DNA from: Rhodanobacteraceae bacterium | GTDB taxonomy: Bacteria; Pseudomonadota; Gammaproteobacteria; Xanthomonadales; Rhodanobacteraceae | Length of the DNA: 64,000 nt | Direction: 5' to 3' | Assembly (NCBI GenBank): GCA_003142815.1 | Contig: PLNP01000040.1 | Span: 3,672-67,671 of the forward strand | Shown: positions 36,132 through 46,909 of the stretch, piece by piece | Layout of the letters: every line of letters begins with the position of its first letter | Numbering within the stretch: the first letter of the stretch is position 1 | Position numbers and translations under genes: made by a program | Notes under the pieces: model-generated | The model's database searches: none | The model's input: only the letters and a program-made list of their open reading frames with translations | What the model was told of the DNA's origin: nothing

Positions 36132-38321
36132 CTACCCTGCGGGTAAGCCTTGATCCGGCTTCGAATAGTCACAGACGCCCGTGGGAAAAATCTTTAGGAG
36201 GCGAACCCCTTCCTTCTCGGTGAAGAGCACGCGCCCATATATGCCGTCCTTGATCGCTTCGCCAACCGGCTCCAAGGCACATTTGAATACGTGATCGCTC
36301 ACGTTCAGACCCGAGACCACCCTCGGCATGCTGAAGATCGGATAGGCCTTGGTGCAAGGCCCTCCCGCACTCACATCGGACAGGACCTGCGCACCATTCG
36401 GCGATACCTCACCCCGGAAGACGTCCGGACCGGATGCGATGAGGGAGCCATCTGCCCCAAAGCAGGCATCGACCACGTTCGACGGCCTCCGCCCCGACTC
36501 CAGCCACCTTTCCTCGTCTGCGAAGGCGCGCAGCGCCAATCCCGACGGCACCAGGTCGCCGCTGTTGCCTATCATCCAGATTGCCAGGTTGTCAGCATTG
36601 CCGCGCGCATCAATGAGCCTTTGGCGCACAGCAAACGGCTCCCGCGTAGCATGCATGTTGAGTTCCGGCTCCAGATAAGGCTCGATGATAATAATCGGCA
36701 GGTTGATTTTGCCCCCGAAAACCAACCCTGCCTTGTACGCGGCTTGCATTGCGGAAACGCTTCCGCTGGTGCGCGGTGCAACGTCGTCAGATGTTAGGTG
36801 CGATTCTGCAGTCGCGTTGCGCGCGCTCCACGGATCGATGTTGCCTGTCTCCTTCCCGCCTTGGAACGGGAACCCCGGCGGTACGTCATCCTGCCTTGGC
36901 TTCCATCCGCCCACATGCGCGTTCACATCAAGGAATTCCTTCTTCGTAATTTTTCCGTCCTTGAGTGCCTGCAATCCGTACTGGACTCCGACGTTGTCAT
37001 ACGTCGACTGAGCCAATCGGGTTCCCGGAATCATGCCGAAGATGGTCTCCAGATCATCGAAGTAGCTCAGCGGCGTCAGTCGTATCACAACCGACGGAAT
37101 CGCCTTGTAGGCGGGATCGCTGGTCGCACCGTACAACGGATTAAAGTACATCGGTACGGCTCCGAACCATGCTTCGATGCATGCTTCCGAGCCGGGCTGT
37201 GCTGAGGATGCGAACACCTTCTTCGTCTTGAACCCGTTGATCCCGTGGAACCCCTCTATCAGCTCTCGATTCTCCCAGCTCTTCCATTTCGGATTGACGC
37301 GCCCGGTTCCATTTACTTTGGCGTCGGCCACATCGAAATAGTATTCAAGCAGTTCACAGTCCCCGACCGGGTTCACCTGGGTAATCATGTCGGGGTACAC
37401 GTGCGTCGGCACCAGGCCATCCAGTAAACCGGGATCATTTTGGGCGTATATGAATTGCTGTATCGAGCCGCCGGAGCCGCCCAGACCAAACGTGTACTTC
37501 GGTTTTCCGAACTCCGCGACGAACTGATCCTTGACCATTCGTGCCGTTTGGCCTTCTAGAACGAGGTTGTAGGTCGTCGCAGTCGAAGTCCCGGTCGACT
37601 CCACGATGTCATACCCGTGGGCCAGGAACTCCGCGAGCCCCGGGTGCAAAGTAGGGTTTGAGAAGTACTTTAGCGGATACGGTGTCGCCGATTGGGTATG
37701 CCCAATCCCGACTCCCCCATACAAAAAGAAGATCAGCTTGTGATTCCAGACGGATTCGTCGGGACGCGCCGGGTCTGTGACGTCGACCTGCGGAGACAGG
37801 GACGCAATCGTATAAATGAAGCGGTTCAGCGTACCGATTTCGTACCTCACGATAAATGGTACACGTCGGCCGTTGACGTCCACCGTCGCAACGTCTCTCG
37901 GCGGATTACGCTCATCATAGGCACGCAACGGTGCGCTGGCCGAGTCGTCGCTCGCGCGATAAAAATACAATACTTTCATCGGTGCACCGCAGTCGGCACT
38001 GTAGCCAATTACCTTACCGCTTCCGTCGGTTATAGGTAGCCCGCCGCCGTCGTGGTTATCGACTACCGGCGGACCTAGGAGTGTGTCCTGCGTGACGCAA
38101 GCGAAGGGCTGCTGCAACGGATTGCCAGCGGCAATGGGCCCCACTTGACCGACCCGAATGGGGAAGCTTGCGGCTTGTGTCGGACGACTGCCGATGTCGC
38201 CGTCACTTGACCCTTCGCCCGCTAGCACAGCCGCGCCACATCCAGTTCCATACGCAGCCAAGCCCAGCAACACCAATGCGACAAGCGTCGCCACTCGTTT
38301 GGCACAGCTCACTCTAATCAT
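36132..38321 (-). CDS. Secreted DUF6351-like (tannase-like alpha/beta hydrolase) protein
   Basis: Signal peptide, FIVRYEIGTLNRFIY, WNHKLIF..GGVGIG, nucleophile-elbow GLGGSGG and PGLLDG. Confidence 0.7.
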   Translation of the reverse strand: MIRVSCAKRVATLVALVLLGLAAYGTGCGAAVLAGEGSSDGDIGSRPTQAASFPIRVGQVGPIAAGNPLQQPFACVTQDTLLGPPVVDNHDGGGLPITDGSGKVIGYSADCGAPMKVLYFYRASDDSASAPLRAYDERNPPRDVATVDVNGRRVPFIVRYEIGTLNRFIYTIASLSPQVDVTDPARPDESVWNHKLIFFLYGGVGIGHTQSATPYPLKYFSNPTLHPGLAEFLAHGYDIVESTGTSTATTYNLVLEGQTARMVKDQFVAEFGKPKYTFGLGGSGGSIQQFIYAQNDPGLLDGLVPTHVYPDMITQVNPVGDCELLEYYFDVADAKVNGTGRVNPKWKSWENRELIEGFHGINGFKTKKVFASSAQPGSEACIEAWFGAVPMYFNPLYGATSDPAYKAIPSVVIRLTPLSYFDDLETIFGMIPGTRLAQSTYDNVGVQYGLQALKDGKITKKEFLDVNAHVGGWKPRQDDVPPGFPFQGGKETGNIDPWSARNATAESHLTSDDVAPRTSGSVSAMQAAYKAGLVFGGKINLPIIIIEPYLEPELNMHATREPFAVRQRLIDARGNADNLAIWMIGNSGDLVPSGLALRAFADEERWLESGRRPSNVVDACFGADGSLIASGPDVFRGEVSPNGAQVLSDVSAGGPCTKAYPIFSMPRVVSGLNVSDHVFKCALEPVGEAIKDGIYGRVLFTEKEGVRLLKIFPTGVCDYSKPDQGLPAG

Positions 38322-39255
38322 CTTGCGCTCTCCTCGTCTTTTGCCCACGTCTATTTCATACGTCCACGGACCGTCGCGCCCGCAAAGAGCGACACGATTG
38401 GCCGCGGCGCTCAGCTAACCACGGCATCACGTGAGCCGCTACTGTGCGTTGCGCCCAGCCCCCCTAGAGCGTGCAGGCTAGAGCCATCAACTGCGTGCGG
38501 TTCCAGTCGACGGGGCCGGTCGCGGCGTTCACCGAGACTAATCTGTCGGCGCTGGAACTGACACGTCACCTTGGGGCGAACTAGAGAACGGCGTGGCCGA
38601 TCACGCACAAGGTCATGCCCGCCGTGCGTTGAAGCGAGGCCGTTCGGCAGTTCGGCGGGCGCCTGCGACTGGACAATGCTTATCTGGGTAAGGAACACAA
38701 TCGTCGCGTGCGCAGGTGACGTGCACTTGACAAATAAGTGTTCTTGACGGCGATCGAGACTAAAGGCGATTTGCAGCATCCCTATACCCATCGCTGAAGC
38801 CGATCGCGACCTTCGACAAGGAAGCCTCGCTAGGCGCGGTTGGCACCCCCGGCCAGCAGGCCCTAAAGGTCCGACGCCTGCCGCGACGGACTGGCGTGTT
38901 TCCAGCGCGGTTCCAGCGCCGGCCGGGCGCCCTCGGTATTGAGCACTGAGGGCGGTCACGCTGCTTGCGAGATACGTGGTACCAACCGGGCGAAAGGCGT
39001 GCTCGGTAACGTCAAACACGCGAGCAGAGAGTGTTACCACGCCCTTCCGCGACGCACGCACACGCGCCGTACTGTGACGGAGGCCCAGCGCCGCTCCAAT
39101 CGCAGGTTCTGTGTCTCTGAGATACCTCCACGGCCACGGCTGTGGAGAGCGTAGGCGCGTTCCAATCAAGACCCGCGACCGTACCTGTGGTTGACGCGCA
39201 TTTCTCACAACTGACCTCTCGTCCTTGGACCGTTGAATCCAATCGGGCCGAGACT

Positions 39256-41571
39256 TCAAAAGTGAAGAGTAGCCCGAACACCAAAGGTGCGTGGCTGCCC
39301 CACAGCGTTGTACAGCGTCCCGAAGAAATCATACCCGTAAGAAGTCACATAGCGCTTATTCAAAAGGTTTTGCGCCCATAGCGAGGCAGTCCAGTTTCCG
39401 ATTGACGGAGTTACGGTGTAGCTACCATCCAATAGACCAAACGCTCCGACATAGTCATACCGCAACACGTCGCCGCTCGCCAAAGTGACAGTCGTCAAGT
39501 TGTTCACATCGCTGTAATAGCCAGTACGATAGGAGTCCCTTATGCTCAGCTCACCATAGTAGCCAGAGCCCAACCTCGACGAGTAATTAATGCCAACTGA
39601 TCCCTGGAACTTTGACGCAAACGGAAGCCGATGGCCTTTAAAATTGGCGCCTTCAAGATTCGCATTCGGATAATCCGTAAACACGGTATCCAAGTACGCA
39701 AGGCTAGTTTCCAGCCTTAAGCCAGGCATGAGTACCGCGGACCCGTCGACCTCAAGCCCTCGTGAACGCACTTTGCCAGCATTAGTGAGTGTAATTAACG
39801 TCGAATTTCCAGATTGTATGTACCGATCGAGTTGATAACCCCGGAAATACTCGTCAAAAACTGATGCGTTGACCCGCACACGATCGTTTATCGTGCTTTT
39901 GAAACCGAGTTCATAGTCGTTGACGTATTCAGGTTTGACCGTTATGTTGTCGGGAAATATGTTTGCTGCCACGAAATCCGTGTTGAAACCGCCATCTTTA
40001 TATCCTTGGGCGAATCGTGCGTAAATCCTATTATCGGGACCCAATTCCCGAGTAAGCGTAACCGAGGGCGTAACTTCGTTATTCTTTATCACACCGTTGA
40101 ACACTCCGGTTGCGAGTGCGAACGCCGGGGCCACAGACCCATTGATAAAGTAGTAACCTGTCTTTTGGTCTTCTGAAACGCGTACGCCGCCTTGCAAAAC
40201 CCAATTCGACGATAAATTATAGGTGGCATTGCCATATATCGCGCCAGTAGTTGTGCGCACAGTGCCACGTGTCGGCACAACGCTTCCCGCCGGAGCTCCT
40301 ATAAACGGCCCACCATTGATACCTACAATTGCGTCCCGTTCACTAAAAGAATCCAGCCCGTAGTAGGACGCACCGAAAACATACTGCAACGCACTGTCTT
40401 TTGGCGACATCAGCTGCAGTTCTTGTGTGAACTGCTTATACCTGTACTGATAGTGAGTGTACAGCAGGTCAAACATTGAATAATCGGCGTCCACGGTGTC
40501 GCTGAACAACGTATTTCGATAAGACGAGGTTGATATAAGGACCAGACCATTCGGGAAATTATAGTCCGCCCGCACGGAGGTGCCATAATTACTCGCGGCA
40601 TTGGGTGGTGTACGATTGTCGGTCATATTAAAGAAGCCTGATGTTTCGCTGTAAGGGGCAGTGCCTATGGTATTGGTAATCGGAATGCCGCTGCCCTCTC
40701 TACTACTGCTCTTCGTGCCGTCCAATGTCGCGTATATCTTCCAGTTTTCGAAGCGGTCGATTTCCAGTTGGCCGCGGAAAGACTTGCGATTTAAATTTTC
40801 TTGTGTCGTGTTGTTAAATACGTCTTTCACATATCCATCGCGCAGCTGATCACCCAAAAAGAGTCCGCCATATATGCCGTCCGCCAATGGCCCGGATAGA
40901 TGCAGTTGCTCATCGAACAGCCCATAGTTCCCGACTCTTATAGACACATCATTGTCGGGGACTTCACTAGGTTTCTCGGTGATGATGTTAATGACCCCGG
41001 CAATTGTATTTTGGCCAAATAAGGTACCTTGGGGTCCCCTGAACACTTCCACTTGACTGATTCCTAATGTATCTTGATTCAACGCGGGCGACTGACCAAT
41101 GTAGACACCATCCAAATACACTCCAACACGGTTATCAAGCCCGACAATGGCGCTGCTATTTCCAACGCCGCGAATATATACGCCGCCATTCAAAGGACCT
41201 GAGTCGATTGTAACATCGGAGAAGTATTGGCTTATATCTCTGAGGTTCTCGACTCCCAATGAACTCATTTGAGAAGAATCCATTACAGCAACAGATACGG
41301 GGATGGTTTGCAGGTTCTGGACTTGTGACTTTGCCTCGACCTTTACCGCTTGTAATGTCACCTGCGGTACGTTTGTCTCTGGTTTTGTCTGCGATGGCGA
41401 CGTACTCTGCGGTGAGTCGGCCGCGACAGTTGCTGTCACCTGCGGTCCGTTTGTCTCTGGTTCTGTCTGCGATGGCGGCGTACTCTGCGGTGAGTCGGCC
41501 GCGACAGTTGCTGCGGTGCCGACGCCAAGAGCCACGGCGATTCCCAACACAACCGGCATGTACTTAGGCAT
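39256..41571 (-). CDS. TonB-dependent receptor
   Basis: Signal peptide, plug motifs YIRGVG, VYLDGVY and EVFRGPQGTLFG, AGVINIIT; terminal PRTFGVRATLHF. Confidence 0.92.
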   Translation of the reverse strand: MPKYMPVVLGIAVALGVGTAATVAADSPQSTPPSQTEPETNGPQVTATVAADSPQSTSPSQTKPETNVPQVTLQAVKVEAKSQVQNLQTIPVSVAVMDSSQMSSLGVENLRDISQYFSDVTIDSGPLNGGVYIRGVGNSSAIVGLDNRVGVYLDGVYIGQSPALNQDTLGISQVEVFRGPQGTLFGQNTIAGVINIITEKPSEVPDNDVSIRVGNYGLFDEQLHLSGPLADGIYGGLFLGDQLRDGYVKDVFNNTTQENLNRKSFRGQLEIDRFENWKIYATLDGTKSSSREGSGIPITNTIGTAPYSETSGFFNMTDNRTPPNAASNYGTSVRADYNFPNGLVLISTSSYRNTLFSDTVDADYSMFDLLYTHYQYRYKQFTQELQLMSPKDSALQYVFGASYYGLDSFSERDAIVGINGGPFIGAPAGSVVPTRGTVRTTTGAIYGNATYNLSSNWVLQGGVRVSEDQKTGYYFINGSVAPAFALATGVFNGVIKNNEVTPSVTLTRELGPDNRIYARFAQGYKDGGFNTDFVAANIFPDNITVKPEYVNDYELGFKSTINDRVRVNASVFDEYFRGYQLDRYIQSGNSTLITLTNAGKVRSRGLEVDGSAVLMPGLRLETSLAYLDTVFTDYPNANLEGANFKGHRLPFASKFQGSVGINYSSRLGSGYYGELSIRDSYRTGYYSDVNNLTTVTLASGDVLRYDYVGAFGLLDGSYTVTPSIGNWTASLWAQNLLNKRYVTSYGYDFFGTLYNAVGQPRTFGVRATLHF
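41356..41511. repeat. 78-bp tandem duplication in the TonB receptor N-terminus
   Basis: Copies 41356-41433 and 41434-41511 differ at 3 positions; encode 2 x 26 aa. Confidence 0.93.
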
Positions 41572-42011
41572 AGGTAAGCGTCCCCAAAAGGCGTCGTGTA
41601 AGACAGATGGATGGCGGCGGTAGCCACTGCCAGGCAGGGCGTAGCCGCGATGGCTGCCACTAGTGGCTTGGTCCGAAAGTCACTGAGTTCGTGAGGTCTC
41701 CACATCGCGCAATAAATCGCATCTGCGACCGACTTGGAAGGCCATAGCTTTTGCGCATCTAACTCATATCGAACCGCTCCCCTACACCAGCTCCAACCGG
41801 GACCTCCGCTTGCGAGGCGCCGCGTGTACCCTGCGCGTCCCACTTCCCGCGCGGGCAAGGGCCTCCAGAGGTAATGCGAGCACAATCGATTGGAACCGTG
41901 CGGTGCAATGCAATCACGGTTCTTAGGTCATGTCAAGTCGAAAAGAAGAGAAGCGGACCCACAAATTTGAACAGCCAGATAAGTGACTTCTTACACTTGT
42001 AAAAACCGACA

Positions 42012-42034
42012 GAAGTGTCCAACGAAGTGTCCAA
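42012..42034. repeat. GAAGTGTCCAA tandem direct repeat (possible integrase arm-type sites)
   Basis: Two exact 11-bp copies separated by 1 nt in an AT-rich intergenic stretch. Confidence 0.5.
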
Positions 42035-42131
42035 GGCTGTGACAGCAAGCAGCTTGCTAAGGACGTTTGGCGAAATCATCCTCTAGAGCTCGTCTACCGC
42101 GCAGCGACAGCTTTAGGCCTAAAGCCATAGT

Positions 42132-42320
42132 TCAAAGCATCTGTCCCTCAATGTGGCGGACTACGCGACGACAAGCCCCGTAGACCCATGGCGGAGCTTG
42201 CGAGCGAGCCGGGATGAGCAAATCGCGCAGCGTTCGATTTGCTTGACGCCCGTAACTAAACCGATATTGGTTGGCTCGCATAACTCGCGCGTAGTACAAC
42301 ATTTCCTCTGGGGTCATCGG
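42132..42320 (-). pseudogene. Restriction-modification specificity (S/BcgIB-like) subunit C-terminal fragment
   Basis: ANQYRFSYGRQANRTLRDLLIP resembles RM target-recognition-domain ends. Confidence 0.5.
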
Positions 42321-42344
42321 CTCTAGCGGCCGGAGGAAGTAGAG

Positions 42345-42965
42345 GTGGCGTCCGGCGACAGGCTGCGCTTTGGGCGCCGAGACGCGCGGCTTGGCGTCAA
42401 CAACAACATCCTGGGCGTCATCGAGTCCGTCGCGTCATCACCCGATGGTGGCCATCGATTGCGCATCCGACTCGAAAGCGACACCCCTACACAGGACGGT
42501 CGGGTCGTCGAGATCGATACCAACACCTACAACGCACTTCGCTATGCCTACGTGAGCACGGTGCATCGCGCGCAGGGTCAAGGAAAGCCGCGCGTGTATT
42601 GGTTCGCCGAAGGGAAATCCGTCGACCGCAATCTGGGACTCGTCGCGTTCACTCGGCAGCAGGAGGGCATCGCGGTGTATGCCACTCAGAATCCCGACGC
42701 AGACGACGACGGTCTGCGCCTGCTCGCACGTCAACTCGATCACTGGCGCATGAAGATGTCCACGACCGACCTGCTCGCCGTCCGTTCCCAGACCGATACA
42801 CGTTCAGCAGAACACGACAGCGAACGTCCCAGGTTGAAGAACCGCATGGTATCGCTCGTGAAGCGCGCAATGGATGCGTTTCGAGCCCGCTGCCGCCGCC
42901 GCTTAGCAATCCCGGAAATGCCGTCCACAGGGTTGTCAGTTGAACATGGACATATTCAGCAATGA
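42345..42965 (+). pseudogene. TraA/MobA-type conjugative relaxase C-terminal helicase fragment
   Basis: GDRLRF...LGVNN..LGVIE, YAYVSTVHRAQG (helicase motif V) and AFTR; relaxase domain absent. Confidence 0.75.
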
Positions 42966-43248
42966 CGCACCCACGCGCCTCACACATTTGCGCTGCTCAA
43001 GACCTATCTTGCTCCGACTGTCGTGTTCCAGCCAGAAGCGGACATCGCCGAAGCGAGTTGAGAAAAGGGGGGAAGAAGAATGAATCGGGCCGGCTCCGAA
43101 CGCTACCCTGCGTGGAGCGGACAGCCAAACCGTTGCCAAAACGTCGCATTGTGGCTCGGTGTAACCAGGATAGAGAATGCCAAGTTGTCGAACTTACGAA
43201 TAGAATCTCATCGGGGGTTTCCACCTTGCCTGCTCGCGGTGACAGACG

Positions 43249-44636
43249 ATGACCTTGGTCGACACGTTGAAAAATCTCATCCTGGAACTGGATCGCGTAC
43301 ATCCGAACGGTGGTGTCGACTTTGCCAAGCTCGACAAGAAGGTCCTTTGGACCGTCCGAGCGGCGGAGACCGGGGAAGAGCGATACTTTACCCATGCCGC
43401 GCTGAAAGAACTGCTCGTGATCACTGACACGCTCTACAGAGGAACCAACGGACTATCGCAGCGTGTGCTTCTCGAAGAGTATTCGACCGTCGTGCAGCAG
43501 GCAGTCGTTGACTGCCACGCGTCTGGCGAATTTGACTTGCTCTCCACACGATCGAAGAATGCAAGGCCTCCCTCAAGAACAGGATCGCCGCAGCGGTAGC
43601 CAAGCTTGGAGCGGCTTTCACACACTACTTTCCCGCGTGGACGCTGGGCGTTGAACAGTCGCAGAGATTCACGGTGGGTCCCGTTACCTTCCTAACCCGC
43701 GACCAATGGATCGCATCGGTGAAATTTTCCAATGAGGCGATTCGCGCCTTCTCCCCACGGAAGGGAAATCTCTTCGACTGGAAGAAGCGCCTGCGTGCCC
43801 TGCTCGAAGGCAAAGGTCGCAAGTCGAAAAAATCCACCCTTCACGATTGGATATACAGGGCAATCAAAGATTGCCCTTCGGTGCTCAAGGTCACAGTCAT
43901 TGGAAGCGAACGGTCGCTGTCCGGACAGCGGGCGCGGTACGCCTGCAGAACAGCACTGGACTGCCTTGCACTGCTATTCGACGACAGGGGTGGCGAACGT
44001 CACCGTCAGTTCGTTCTTGGCGACGAACGGCTGACTCCGATTGGCGAATCGACCTTGGTTGAGTCGAAAGGAAACCTGTGGCTTCCTGGTTCATCTTTTC
44101 ACCCTCGCGGATGGATGGGGGACCCGGCCAACGCCGTGTCCTTGGTGAAATCCACTGGAGGAAAGAAACTTCTGCGCGCGTGCGGCAAAATCATCGAGGC
44201 TCTTCTGAACCCAGCGCCTTGCAGCCATCCATGTCTGGCGCAAAGGTGGGCGACCGCGTTATCCGTGTACGCTGAAGGTTGCCGCGAGGTTCAAGACGGA
44301 CTGGCGATCGCGAAGTTGGGTTCGAGTTTGGACATTCTTTCCGGTGGTGGCATGGGAAAAGGGATATTGGCGATGCTGCTTCACCAAACAGGAGCCAAGG
44401 CAAAGGATGTCATCGTCAAGCTTCCGCAGCCGCTGACATTCGAGAATGTGGTTGCAAGAATCTACAAATATGGACGTTCGCAGTTTCTTCACGGCAACCA
44501 CGTCGACCCCATGATGCGCTTCACGGACGAACGCGAGTACGCGACATTTCTTGCACGCGGGGCGCTACGCGAATCGGTCTTGCGCTGGTCAAAGTATACC
44601 GGTGACGACGCCGACAAGGCGTTTCAGACGATGTGA
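43249..44636 (+). pseudogene. Predicted HEPN-domain protein (about 462 aa) interrupted by a single frameshift near 43540
   Basis: ORFs 43249..43599 and 43674..44636 join through an open frame (LHTIEECKASLKNRI...HYFPAWTLG); C-terminal Rx4H motif RSQFLH. Confidence 0.65.
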
Positions 44637-44884
44637 GGTTATGCAGCGGCGCGCTACACGCAACATCGCGCGCAATGGTTACGACCCTCGCACTTGCCAA
44701 CTCTAAGGTCAATGCTCGCTCGGCGAGGGACGCCGAGTGTCCGCTTCGGGTCGGAAGCGGTCCTTCAGTCCTGATCTGATCATCGGCCAATGCATGTAAT
44801 CCATGCTGGTGCGCTGACATGTCTGACCGAACCGGCAAACAGGCACCACCGGCAGTGCAATCAGCTGCCAGCCTGCCGCAATAA

Positions 44885-45097
44885 CTACGGATGCACCACG
44901 CCAAAGCGGCGCTGTGACGAGGGATCGCATGCGGTCCCGGCCGCCCCGGGCCCTGAGGCACTTCTACGGCGAAGCTGAGATTTGATATGCATGAACGCGT
45001 CGCTACCGCGCTCACCTGCCATCGCCAATTCCCAAAGTCGGACCGCGAGTTCGTCGTCCGCCACGTGCTCAATCGGGAAGGGGATTATGGTTGCCAT
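44885..45097 (-). CDS. Putative small hypothetical protein (70 aa)
   Basis: GAGGGG RBS, MATIIPFP start and amphipathic helical core. Confidence 0.4.
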   Translation of the reverse strand: MATIIPFPIEHVADDELAVRLWELAMAGERGSDAFMHIKSQLRRRSASGPGAAGTACDPSSQRRFGVVHP

Positions 45098-45699
45098 TTT
45101 TCTGGACCCCTCAACGAATATAGCGACGCGCTGACACGACCTTTTTGGTTCGATCATGCAGTAATAGTGCCAATACACGAGGCTGCGACCAGAAGGCGCA
45201 GTGAGCCCCGCCAGATAGCTCGAATCCTTAGCGGGTCAATGCTTTGTCGGGAGCTGAGCCGCCGAAAGTTTGCCACGAGGAATTGATCGAAATGAGCGGT
45301 TTTTTGTCGCTAAGTGTCAGGCGACGGAAGGGTGCCTACCTACACGCGCGCCATGCATGCGGAAGCGGCGGTCGTGCCAGTCGGTCTGCGCCTTGGACGC
45401 TCTTGGTGCTTCAAGGCTTTGTCAGTCACAACGTAGAGGTAGAAGATCGCCTCGCGTGCGCTGTGGATGCAACCGACGCTGACCCACAGCGGCGTGGCGG
45501 TCCTACAGTTCGTCGCGCAGATGGTGATCGACTCGCCATCATGGATCAGCATTCACCCGTAACAGCATCCTCGGCCTGCAGGTGAGAAGTGTGCTGCCCC
45601 ACCCCAAGCGCGCTTGCTGGCGCATCGGTGACGGGCGTTACAGCTCGCTGTCGCGGACTTGTTACAGAATGTTTTTGAATACATTCGAAAAGGAAGACG

Positions 45700-45900
45700 G
45701 AGACCAAGAGGCGCTTGCCGACGATCGTATCGCCTTCCCAATCACCGACGCGCTGACGCGATTCCACGACGGCGGGACGCCGCTGATGGGCCGTCCGCGG
45801 AAGCGCTGGCGCTGGCATGGTGTGCCACATCGATGGCGACGCAAAAACACGGTTGCGAAGTTGCTGGTAGAAGTAGGGCGGCGGCAAGCGTTTGTGCCAT
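45700..45900 (-). mobile_element. IS30-family transposase fragment
   Basis: RRPAVVESRQRVGDWEGDTIVG matches the IS30 WEGD motif. Confidence 0.75.
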
Positions 45901-46039
45901 TCCGGCGCCGGCTTTCTTTTTCGGATGGATCGCGCTACCGGAATCACGCGGACAACAGCGCTATGAGGCGCGTTGTTTCAGGACACGCGAGTTGCGCAAT
46001 GCCCGTTCGACAGCTCGCGCGAAGTGCGGACGTCCCGCT

Positions 46040-46765
46040 TCAAAAGCCGTCGAACCCGTTCGCGAAAACAACGTCGGTGAAAGGGCAGACCGAGACCTGC
46101 GTCAGGGTGACGCTGTCGACACCGATCGTCGTACCGATCGGATCGGTGCCCTGGGCGAGGTCGTAGTAGCGAAACGCGATCCGCCCGCTGCCCGACTGCG
46201 GCACGCCCATCGCCGATGTCGCGGTGACCATCGTCCAGGTCGCCGGATAGCCGCCCCGCACCGCGTTCGGATTGATGTCCACCAGGGTGGTCTGGAAGCC
46301 GCCGAAATCGCCGGACTGATCGCCGGGATTGGTGCAGGGCTGGCTGCCGCCATCGACGCAGAGCCGGACTTCCAGATGATTCGCCTCGTCGGTCGCACTG
46401 GCCAGCTCGCGGGTGTAGAAACTGAGCGCGCTGCCCGGCGCGAACGCGATGTCTGGCGTGATCAGCCAGTCGCTCAACACCGGAAACTGGCCCGAGGCAT
46501 TGTTGCTGTCCGCCGACGCGTAGCTGTTGGTCGGTCCCGCCTGAGCTGGAAACCGTGCAGGAACCCCCTGAAACCAGTTCGTCGTGCCGATCGGATCGCT
46601 GTTGTTCTTGATGATCCAGCCGCTAGAAGTCAGTGCTGCGACGTTCTCGAAGCCTTCCGTGCAGGAAACCGCGGGAAGATCACGGATGGGCGACGCGATG
46701 CCGCTGGTGGCGACGGCGCTGGCGGCGAGCATTGCAGCAACAGACCTCGATCGTTGGCGTGACAT
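46040..46765 (-). CDS. Exported protein with cleaved-adhesin/choice-of-anchor-J-like domain and C-terminal DVVFANGFD motif
   Basis: Signal peptide, EGFE, WFQG, SDWLITP, LSFYT and IAFRY. Confidence 0.7.
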   Translation of the reverse strand: MSRQRSRSVAAMLAASAVATSGIASPIRDLPAVSCTEGFENVAALTSSGWIIKNNSDPIGTTNWFQGVPARFPAQAGPTNSYASADSNNASGQFPVLSDWLITPDIAFAPGSALSFYTRELASATDEANHLEVRLCVDGGSQPCTNPGDQSGDFGGFQTTLVDINPNAVRGGYPATWTMVTATSAMGVPQSGSGRIAFRYYDLAQGTDPIGTTIGVDSVTLTQVSVCPFTDVVFANGFDGF

Positions 46766-46909
46766 CGGGCTTTCCTCGTGGGTGACGCTGATCATACGAA
46801 TGTTTTGCGAGTGCCGTGCGACGAACGGTCGCGCGGCTGGTGCGGCACAATTGGCGCCGGCATCGCCGCGGCGCACGCTACGCCGCCCCGATGCCCGCGG
46901 CCAACACAA

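Noticed and set aside
38411-39259. 282-aa ORF between the hydrolase and the TonB receptor
   Set aside because: No recognisable motifs and atypical composition; probably eroded sequence, so no product can be supported
41940-42000. dif/Xer recombination site
   Set aside because: The AT-rich segment does not match the XerC/XerD arms well enough
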